Below the pieces are notes generated by a model. It was not told the DNA's origin. It searched no databases and saw only the letters and a program-made list of their open reading frames with translations. Of a stretch of 64,000 nucleotides of DNA, positions 50,925 through 58,728 are shown piece by piece. Numbering within the stretch: position 1 is the stretch's first letter; each line of letters starts with the position of its first letter. Source of the stretch: Acholeplasma brassicae (GTDB taxonomy: Bacteria; Bacillota_I; Bacilli_A; Acholeplasmatales; UBA5453); the NCBI RefSeq assembly GCF_000967915.1, contig NC_022549.1, positions 531,522 to 595,521 on the forward strand, read 5' to 3'. The translations under genes and the position numbers were made by a program.

Positions 50925-52604
50925 ATGGCAAATACACTCAGTGGATCACTGTTTAAAAAAATGGTAACAAACGGCGCAATTAACCTTAAGAATAATCATC
51001 AAGAAATCAATCACTTAAACGTGTTTCCAGTACCCGATGGGGATACAGGAACCAATATGCAAATGACCATGATGGCGGGAATTAAAGAAGTAAACAACTT
51101 AAATTCGAAATCCATCGTAGATGTATCAAAAATACTATCAAGAGGCCTACTTATGGGCGCAAGAGGTAACAGTGGTGTTATCTTATCGCAGTTCTTCCGT
51201 GGGGTCTATAGCGAAATTGCTAAAATTAAAAATGGTTCTGCAACCGTAGACGAATTCATCACAGCACTTGTGGGTGGCTATCAAATGGCTTACCGTGCGG
51301 TAATGACACCAGTTGAGGGAACAATTCTAACAGTCGTTAGAGAAGCAGCAGAACAAGTGTTAAGAGAAAGAAAAAATCTTCGTTCAATCGAGGATGTTTT
51401 ACAATGCTATTTAACACAAGCAAAAGTAAGTTTAGACCGTACACCAGATTTACTACCTGTCTTAAAACAAGCAGGTGTTGTCGATTCAGGTGGGGCTGGC
51501 TTTATTAAGATTATTGAAGGCATGTTACTTGCCGCACAAGGTCAATTATTAGCGCTCGAACAAGAACAAGTTGTTGAACATCATCACGAAGAAGGTTTCC
51601 AAGGTAGAAACATTGAAAACGTCGATATTCAATTTGGTTATTGTACAGAGTTCATTGTCAAACTGCACAACCAAGAAGACTTTGATCAAGACAACCTAAG
51701 AAACATCTTATTATCGATGGGGGATTCACTTGTCTTAGTACAAGATGAAGAACTAGTAAAAGTACACGTACACACGAACCAACCAGGTGTGGCAATCACA
51801 CTGGGGCAAAAATATGGGGATTTACAAACCATGAAAGTTGAAAACATGCGCATTCAACACGAAGGCGTGGTGCAATCACTTGGTCATGATCACAATCATG
51901 AAGCAGAAGAGAAACTAGACTTTCAACCTGTTAAAAAAGAAAAAACCACGTATGGCGTGATTGCTGTATGCTTTGGTGATGGCATTAAACAAGCATTTAA
52001 AGAGCTTGGCGTTGATTACATCATCGATGGTGGACAAACAATGAACCCACCAACCGAAGAGTTCGTAAAAGCCGTTGAAGCGGTTAATGCTGAAAACGTC
52101 ATTATCTTACCAAACAACTCAAACGTTATTTTATCCGCAGAACAAACCGTTAACCTTTGTGAAGGCACAAACGTTCGCGTTTTAAAAACAAAGAGCATCG
52201 GACAAGGTTATGCGTCATTAATGGTCTTTGATTCAACCAGAGAATTAGACGATAACTTAGAATCAATGAGTGAAATTATTTCAAACATGAAGACTGCTGA
52301 ATTAACTTATGCGGTTAGAGACACTGAAATGAATGGTGTTAAGATTAAAAATGGCGATTTTATCGGTATTCAAGGTAAAAACATCTTAGTTTCCCTACCA
52401 GACCGTATTTCAGCAATCAAAGAATTGCTAGCTAAAACCATTGATGAAAACTCAGAAATCGTCACTGTATTCTTTGGTAAAGACGTTTCTGAAAATGAAG
52501 CGAAGTTAGTTAAAGGTTACATTCAAGAATTAAACGAAGATTTAGAAATTGAAATGATCAACGGCAAGCAAGACATTTATGCCTACATCATTGCAGTAGA
52601 ATAA
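50925..52604 (+). CDS. yloV: DAK2-domain fusion protein YloV (DhaL-like N-terminus plus DegV-like C-terminus)
   Basis: N-terminal DAK2 motifs (PDGDTGTNM). Start taken at the ATG after aggagg (50911); the 50889 start is probably too long. Confidence 0.8.
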   Translation: MANTLSGSLFKKMVTNGAINLKNNHQEINHLNVFPVPDGDTGTNMQMTMMAGIKEVNNLNSKSIVDVSKILSRGLLMGARGNSGVILSQFFRGVYSEIAKIKNGSATVDEFITALVGGYQMAYRAVMTPVEGTILTVVREAAEQVLRERKNLRSIEDVLQCYLTQAKVSLDRTPDLLPVLKQAGVVDSGGAGFIKIIEGMLLAAQGQLLALEQEQVVEHHHEEGFQGRNIENVDIQFGYCTEFIVKLHNQEDFDQDNLRNILLSMGDSLVLVQDEELVKVHVHTNQPGVAITLGQKYGDLQTMKVENMRIQHEGVVQSLGHDHNHEAEEKLDFQPVKKEKTTYGVIAVCFGDGIKQAFKELGVDYIIDGGQTMNPPTEEFVKAVEAVNAENVIILPNNSNVILSAEQTVNLCEGTNVRVLKTKSIGQGYASLMVFDSTRELDDNLESMSEIISNMKTAELTYAVRDTEMNGVKIKNGDFIGIQGKNILVSLPDRISAIKELLAKTIDENSEIVTVFFGKDVSENEAKLVKGYIQELNEDLEIEMINGKQDIYAYIIAVE

Positions 52605-52653
52605 CAAACAAAGAATTAAAACCCTTGGGTATATTAATTTATACCCTTTTTAT

Positions 52654-52739
52654 GTGGGCGTGGCGGAATGGTAGACGCGCATGTTTGAGGGGCATGTGGC
52701 TTAAAGGCTGTGTGAGTTCAAGTCTCATCGTCCACACCA
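52654..52739 (+). tRNA. tRNA-Leu (anticodon GAG), class II tRNA with a long variable arm
   Basis: Acceptor stem gtgggcg/cgtccac with one G·U, 3-bp D stem, anticodon stem catgt/gcatg with loop ttGAGgg, long variable arm, T arm gtgag-ttcaagt-ctcat, and a 3' ACCA. Confidence 0.8.
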
Positions 52740-52909
52740 TATTGAATGAAATGGTTTGATACAAAAGCGATTTACTAATCGCCTAAGGTATCGAATCTTT
52801 TTTTTGTTTTCTACCGCCATATATAATTACGTTTTAACAAACTTAAAAAAAGTGCTTGACATTTAAATTACGTTTGTGTAAACTTAAATTATGAAAGTGA
52901 GAGGTAGTT

Positions 52910-54589
52910 ATGGAAAATAAAAATTTAGTATGGGAATTTGCAAACAAAGTCAGAGGACGTGTGCCTGAAGAAATGGCAGTTGAATTTGTTATTTCATTTG
53001 CATATGATTATTGCAACAGAAATGATTTAATACCAGGAAGTGATACAGAATTACTTAACATCGCTGGAGAATCATTGGAACGAATACCAAGTGATCTAAA
53101 ATTTGATTTAGAAAATCTGTTTGTGGACTTAAGTTTCAATGAAATAAAAGGAATCGTTTCTAGTTCTCTATTTATAAAACAGAGATTTATGGATAATTCG
53201 AATGATAATCTGTTGGCTTTAGCTTCGGAGTTACTTGAACTATCGAATGGTGATTCACTTTTTGATTTAGGTAGTGGATTAGGTAGTTTTTTAATTGGTA
53301 CATTGAAATTAGCTCAGGAACGTTCAATTGAGTTGTCTGCTTTATATGGTGTGGAGATTAACTATAATCAACATGCACTTTCTAAGATGATACTAGAAAT
53401 ATTCACCTTTGATTCTTCGGTAAAAAGCAAGATTAACTATGCTAATATCCTAACCGATAAATACGAACTAACTTATAATAAAGGGTTTGTCTATCCACCT
53501 TTAGGTATGAAGTTGATGGGTAATGATCTAAACTATATTTCTATTTTCAAAAACATTGTTCTATCGACTCGAAACTCTGTTGAATGGATATTTATAGATA
53601 AATTATTGAATAATTTAAAAGGTGACGATGCTAGAGCGGTAGCACTTGTTACTGGTCGTACGTTATTTAGTGCAGTTGATAGAGATTATAGGGACGAAAT
53701 ACTAAAGAGTGGCATGCTTGAAGGTATCATTGAGTTACCACAAGGAATTGTCGATAATACATCGATCAAGTTATTCTTACTTATCTTTAGTAAAAATAAT
53801 AAGAATGTTCGTCTATTTGATGCGAGTATGTTCTCATCAAAAAGAAAGTTTAATGAAACTATTAAAGTAGATGTGAAACAAATTATAGATTTCTATTATG
53901 GAAAAGATGTAGCTAAAAAAGATGTTTCAGATTTAACTGATTTATCTAACTGGATTCCTTCGACAGCACTATTAACAATAGATTCACCAAAAAATGGTGT
54001 TAAATTGAGTGAAGTTGCACATGTTTTTACAGGCTCTCAATATACAGTCAGAAACTTTCAAGAAGTATTGACTGATAAAAAAACCGGTTATAAACTTCTC
54101 ACATCGAGTGATATACAAGATGGACTCATTGATGAATCAAATCTGCAAAACATCGATAATAAAGATGGTAAGTTAGATAAATTTGCATTGGAATATGATG
54201 ATGTCATTATGACAAGCAAATCATCGAAGGTTAAAATAGCAGTCATCGATTTTGAACCAAAGGATAAAATTATTGTAACTGGTGGTATGATTATTGTTCG
54301 TGTTGAGAAGAGTAAATTAAATCCAACATTTCTTAAGGTTTTCTTAGAATCAGATCAAGGACAATTATTATTAAAGAGTATTCAAAAAGGTATATCGATA
54401 ATTACAATTAACGCTACAGAACTTTCGAATATAATTATCCCACTACCTCAACTTGATGTTCAATATAATATATCTAAAAAATATAATAGAAAACTATCTT
54501 CTTTAATGGCACTTAAGGCAGAAATTCTAAAGATAGAAGACGAACTCAAAAACTTCTATTATGAAGAAATTGAGGAGGTACTATCTTAG
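52910..54589 (+). CDS. Type I HsdM-like N6-adenine methyltransferase fused to a single HsdS-type target-recognition domain; non-canonical motif IV
   Basis: HsdM_N-like start (VWEFANKVRG). Motif I DLGSGLGSFL. FVYPPLG where NPPF/Y is expected. LLIFSKNNKNVRLFDAS parallels the IVSKNKNKERLGKIQLIDAS segment of the adjacent hsdM. C-terminal TRD plus conserved HsdS-type coiled-coil. Confidence 0.6.
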   Translation: MENKNLVWEFANKVRGRVPEEMAVEFVISFAYDYCNRNDLIPGSDTELLNIAGESLERIPSDLKFDLENLFVDLSFNEIKGIVSSSLFIKQRFMDNSNDNLLALASELLELSNGDSLFDLGSGLGSFLIGTLKLAQERSIELSALYGVEINYNQHALSKMILEIFTFDSSVKSKINYANILTDKYELTYNKGFVYPPLGMKLMGNDLNYISIFKNIVLSTRNSVEWIFIDKLLNNLKGDDARAVALVTGRTLFSAVDRDYRDEILKSGMLEGIIELPQGIVDNTSIKLFLLIFSKNNKNVRLFDASMFSSKRKFNETIKVDVKQIIDFYYGKDVAKKDVSDLTDLSNWIPSTALLTIDSPKNGVKLSEVAHVFTGSQYTVRNFQEVLTDKKTGYKLLTSSDIQDGLIDESNLQNIDNKDGKLDKFALEYDDVIMTSKSSKVKIAVIDFEPKDKIIVTGGMIIVRVEKSKLNPTFLKVFLESDQGQLLLKSIQKGISIITINATELSNIIIPLPQLDVQYNISKKYNRKLSSLMALKAEILKIEDELKNFYYEEIEEVLS

Positions 54590-55110
54590 TGTATAATGCA
54601 AAGCAGTTATCCGAGATAAAACAAAAAATTATTAGAAAAATCACGAGTGAAGTTGACCGTGCTAATGAAGATGGATTAATTGAAGAGATTTTAGAACGAT
54701 ATGGCATTGTATTTGAGGAAACAAGCATTTCTGTAAACACAAGACTAATGAAAATCCTAGTATTCGGATCATTAGCTGGAAAGAAAAAAGACTTCCAAGG
54801 GGTATTAAATAGACTAGGTATTAACCTAAACAATGTCGAGTTTATTAATGACTATTCAGAACTCAAGAGATACCCTGTTGATACACTTAGGTTTTCAACA
54901 AAGTATTCAGACTTACTAATAGGACCTGTTCCGCATAGTCAAACAGGCATGGGTGATAATTCTAGTCTTATAGCGACAATAAAAAGTAATCCAGCAGAGT
55001 ATCCACGTGTACAACTTTTAGAAGCAAATAACAAATTAAAAATTACTAAAACAAACTTCGAAAAAGCCATAACATCAACACGTTATTTTGATGCATTAAA
55101 TGAATATTAG
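54589..55110 (+). CDS. Hypothetical 173-aa protein, translationally coupled to the M·S-fusion gene (taGTG overlap)
   Basis: GTG start overlaps the upstream TAG by 1 nt. No recognisable motif. Confidence 0.45.
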   Translation: MYNAKQLSEIKQKIIRKITSEVDRANEDGLIEEILERYGIVFEETSISVNTRLMKILVFGSLAGKKKDFQGVLNRLGINLNNVEFINDYSELKRYPVDTLRFSTKYSDLLIGPVPHSQTGMGDNSSLIATIKSNPAEYPRVQLLEANNKLKITKTNFEKAITSTRYFDALNEY

Positions 55111-55252
55111 ACTATCAATAGGTTTTATAAAAATAGAAGAATGATATTGTTTAATAAACAATTAAAGGTAAAAGTTGCTAAAATATGTTATAATTTTTTT
55201 AATATGAAGAAAGATTATTGTATTGCTAATGAAATAAGAAAGAAGAGATAAT

Positions 55253-57034
55253 ATGACAACTGCAGAGATAGGTAAATTAACTACAACAAATATTCAAGAA
55301 AAAGCAAATCTAATATGGGCAATCGCTAATCATCTTGTTGGATTGTTTAAGCCACATGAGTACGGTAAGGTTATCTTACCGATGACGGTACTAAAAAGAT
55401 TCGATGACGCTTTAAAAGAAACGAAACAGGAAGTTTTATCACTCAATAAGAAATTAAATGAACAAAAAACAATTGATACCATTAGAGATGGATTATTATG
55501 CAAAACTACGGGATATGATTTTTATAATGTTAGTCCATTTACATTTGCAAACCTTTTAGCTGATCCAGATAACATCGCATCTAATTTTGATACATACTTA
55601 AAAGGATTTTCGGATAATGTAAAAGATATTATTTCCAACTTTAAATTTGAACAAGTCCTAGAAACGATGCATAAAGGGAATGTCCTTTATGTTGTTATAC
55701 AGGAGTTTAATTCTAAGAAAGCTGATATGCATCCGGATAAAATCACCTCCATGGACATGGGCTATATTTTTGAAGAACTTATCCGTAAGTTCTCTGAATC
55801 CTATGATGAACAAGCAGGAGCACACTTTACTTCAAGAGACATCATATATTTAATGGCTGAGCTATTAGTCGCAAATGAAAAAGAATACATTAAACAAAAT
55901 GGTGTCGTTAAAACCGCATATGATATGGCCATGGGTACATCCCAAATGTTAGGGTGCTTAGATGAAAAAATGATAGAAATCAACCCGGATTCAAAGTTAT
56001 CTCTATTTGGTCAAGAATTTAACCCAGAAACATATGCAATCGCAAAAGCTGACATGCTAATCAAAGGTGGAAATGCTCAAAATATGAAGTTTGGTGATAC
56101 ATTGAATGATGACCAATTTTCTAACTATGAGTTTGATTACATAATTTCAAATCCTCCATTTGGTATTGACTGGAAAAAAGAAGAAAAAGAAGTTAAACAA
56201 GAATATTCAAAGCTTGGATATGAGGGTAGATTTGGACCAGGCTTGCCTGCAATTAGTGATGGACAAATGCTCTTCCTACTTAATGGTGTAAAGAAATTAA
56301 AAGAAGGTTCTGGTAGAATGGCAATCATTCAAAACGGGTCTTCACTCTTTACTGGAGATGCTGGTAGTGGTCCGAGTGAAATTAGAAAATACTTAATTGA
56401 AAGTGATTTGTTAGAAGCAATTATTCAATTACCAACTGACCTTTTCTACAATACTGGTATATCAACATATATTTGGATAGTTTCTAAAAATAAAAATAAA
56501 GAACGATTAGGAAAAATTCAACTCATTGATGCGTCTAATTGCTATGTGAAAAGAAGAAAAAACATTGGTAAGAAGCGTGTTGACCTAGATGATACATCAA
56601 TTGACTTAATTACTAAAGCCTATTTAGATTTCAAAGAAGTAAAATATGAAGAAAATGACTTAGTTGTTGAATCGAAAATCTTTGATAATGATTTCTTTGG
56701 GTACACAAAAGTAACTGTTGAATCACCAATTACAGATGAAAATGGTAAACCAATTCTTAAAAAAGGAAAACTTCAAGCAGACTCTAAGAAACGTGATACT
56801 GAATTGGTACCATTACAAGAAAATATTGAAGCTTTCTTTAAAGATAATGTATTACCTTTTAATTCATCAGCTTGGATGGATCGAAGCAAAGATAAAGTCG
56901 GATATGAAATACCATTTACAAGACTGTTTTATAAGTTTATTCCACCAAAGGCATCTTCAGATATATTCGCTGAAATCAAACAACTTGAAGAAGAAGAAAC
57001 ACTACTTATGAAGGAGTTGTTTGGGGATGAATAA
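55253..57034 (+). CDS. hsdM: Type I restriction-modification system methyltransferase subunit
   Basis: HsdM N-terminal domain, motif I, NPPFGIDW, and the conserved IWIVSKNKNK…LIDAS block. Confidence 0.9.
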   Translation: MTTAEIGKLTTTNIQEKANLIWAIANHLVGLFKPHEYGKVILPMTVLKRFDDALKETKQEVLSLNKKLNEQKTIDTIRDGLLCKTTGYDFYNVSPFTFANLLADPDNIASNFDTYLKGFSDNVKDIISNFKFEQVLETMHKGNVLYVVIQEFNSKKADMHPDKITSMDMGYIFEELIRKFSESYDEQAGAHFTSRDIIYLMAELLVANEKEYIKQNGVVKTAYDMAMGTSQMLGCLDEKMIEINPDSKLSLFGQEFNPETYAIAKADMLIKGGNAQNMKFGDTLNDDQFSNYEFDYIISNPPFGIDWKKEEKEVKQEYSKLGYEGRFGPGLPAISDGQMLFLLNGVKKLKEGSGRMAIIQNGSSLFTGDAGSGPSEIRKYLIESDLLEAIIQLPTDLFYNTGISTYIWIVSKNKNKERLGKIQLIDASNCYVKRRKNIGKKRVDLDDTSIDLITKAYLDFKEVKYEENDLVVESKIFDNDFFGYTKVTVESPITDENGKPILKKGKLQADSKKRDTELVPLQENIEAFFKDNVLPFNSSAWMDRSKDKVGYEIPFTRLFYKFIPPKASSDIFAEIKQLEEEETLLMKELFGDE

Positions 57035-58301
57035 ACTAAATATCGAAATCCCATATATTGAAAACCTTCCTAAATCATGGCGAATAATACCTAATCGATA
57101 TCTTTTCATCGAAAACAAGAATAGTGTTGGAAAAGACTTTTCTAAGTATCAATTATTATCTCTAACAACTACTGGTGTAAAAGAAAAAGATATTAATAGT
57201 TCTGGTGGCAAGGTGCCTGAATCATATGAAAAATATTTATCCATCAATAAAAATCAGTTGATTTTTTGCTTATTTGACCTGGATTTATCGGCAGTTTTTT
57301 CAGGTATTTCTAAGTTTGACGGGATGATTACTTCAGCATATAATGCTTATGATTCGACTTCATTAATATGTAATGAATATGCTGATTATTGGTTTCAGTA
57401 TGTTTTTACTAATAGATACTATATGATTTATTCGAAAAACATCAGATACTCAGTAACTGGTCAAGCATTTAAGGCTATATATACGCCTGTTCCACCTATA
57501 AATACTCAAAAAGAAATAGCACTTTTCTTAGATAATAAAACTAATAAGATAGATCAACTTATCAATAATCAACAGCAACAAATCGAAAAACTTAAAGAAT
57601 ATAAGCAATCACTAATTAGTGAGGTTGTTACTAAAGGATTAGATCCAAATGTTGAATTTAAGGATAGTGGAATTGAAATTATTGATAAGATTCCAAAAGA
57701 TTGGGGAATTATTAAAATGAAATATTTAGGCGAATCTCGTAATGGCTTAACGTACAATCCGAGTGATATGGTCGATGATGGTGAAGGAATTCTAGTTTTG
57801 AGATCGTCCAATGTTAGGGATGGGAAATTAATCTTTGATGATAATGTTTATCTTAAAATGCAGATTAAAGAAGACTTAATGCTAAAAAACGGTGATATTC
57901 TTATTTGTTCAAGAAATGGTAGCAGAGATTTAATAGGAAAAAATGCAATCATCGAAAATGTTGGACTATGTTCATTTGGTGCCTTTATGATGGTGTTTAG
58001 AGTTTCAAAAGCAAATCCGAAGTACATTAAGTATATCCTAGATAGCTTTATATTTAACTACTATCTTGGGACATATTTAACAGCGACAATTAACCAGTTA
58101 ACCTTATCTAATTTCAACAACATGAAAGTTATTTATACGACTAATTCCGATGAGCAAGAGAAAATAATTAGTTATTTAGATGAAAAATGTCAAAAGATTG
58201 ACCAATTAATCGAGTTAAAAGCAAAAAAACTACTAAATCTTGAGGAATTCAAAAAATCTCTCATCTATGAATACGTAACAGGTAAGAAAGAAGTATCATA
58301 A
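57021..58301 (+). CDS. hsdS: Type I restriction-modification specificity subunit (two TRDs)
   Basis: 426 aa with two variable TRDs separated by conserved coiled-coil repeats (…LKEYKQSLISEVVTKGL… and …LEEFKKSLIYEYVTGK). Overlaps hsdM by 14 nt. Confidence 0.85.
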   Translation: MGMNKLNIEIPYIENLPKSWRIIPNRYLFIENKNSVGKDFSKYQLLSLTTTGVKEKDINSSGGKVPESYEKYLSINKNQLIFCLFDLDLSAVFSGISKFDGMITSAYNAYDSTSLICNEYADYWFQYVFTNRYYMIYSKNIRYSVTGQAFKAIYTPVPPINTQKEIALFLDNKTNKIDQLINNQQQQIEKLKEYKQSLISEVVTKGLDPNVEFKDSGIEIIDKIPKDWGIIKMKYLGESRNGLTYNPSDMVDDGEGILVLRSSNVRDGKLIFDDNVYLKMQIKEDLMLKNGDILICSRNGSRDLIGKNAIIENVGLCSFGAFMMVFRVSKANPKYIKYILDSFIFNYYLGTYLTATINQLTLSNFNNMKVIYTTNSDEQEKIISYLDEKCQKIDQLIELKAKKLLNLEEFKKSLIYEYVTGKKEVS

Positions 58302-58724
58302 ATGAGAGATGCTAAATCAATTATTGGAGGAATTATATTATTGATACTTATTGCTACTGGAGTATTCTCGGTCCTACTAGATTTGACTAGTGAATTCATT
58401 AAACTGACTCTATGGATATTTCAATTAAGTTTAACTGATTTTGGATTATCTCCATCAATTGAAATCATTGTTAAATCACTGACTTTCATTCTATCTTATG
58501 CTTTGGTCGGTATTATATTTAGTGCAATTAGACTATTTAATTCAGATGTAATGAAATATGCTTATTTTGTAGTTTCAACGATGATTGGATTTGCATTGAG
58601 TGCACTCATTATGTTTTTACAAGAACATATCATCATAATTTCTTGGAGTATTTTAGGGATAACTATCATTACGATTTTCACAATAGTATTTTTAGTAAAG
58701 AAAAGAAACACTTTAAAGGGGTGA
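58302..58724 (+). CDS. Small 4-TM membrane protein inserted between hsdS and hsdR
   Basis: ATG immediately follows the hsdS stop (taaATG). Its stop is 4 nt before the hsdR start. 140 aa with four hydrophobic helices. Confidence 0.5.
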   Translation: MRDAKSIIGGIILLILIATGVFSVLLDLTSEFIKLTLWIFQLSLTDFGLSPSIEIIVKSLTFILSYALVGIIFSAIRLFNSDVMKYAYFVVSTMIGFALSALIMFLQEHIIIISWSILGITIITIFTIVFLVKKRNTLKG

Positions 58725-58728
58725 ATCT

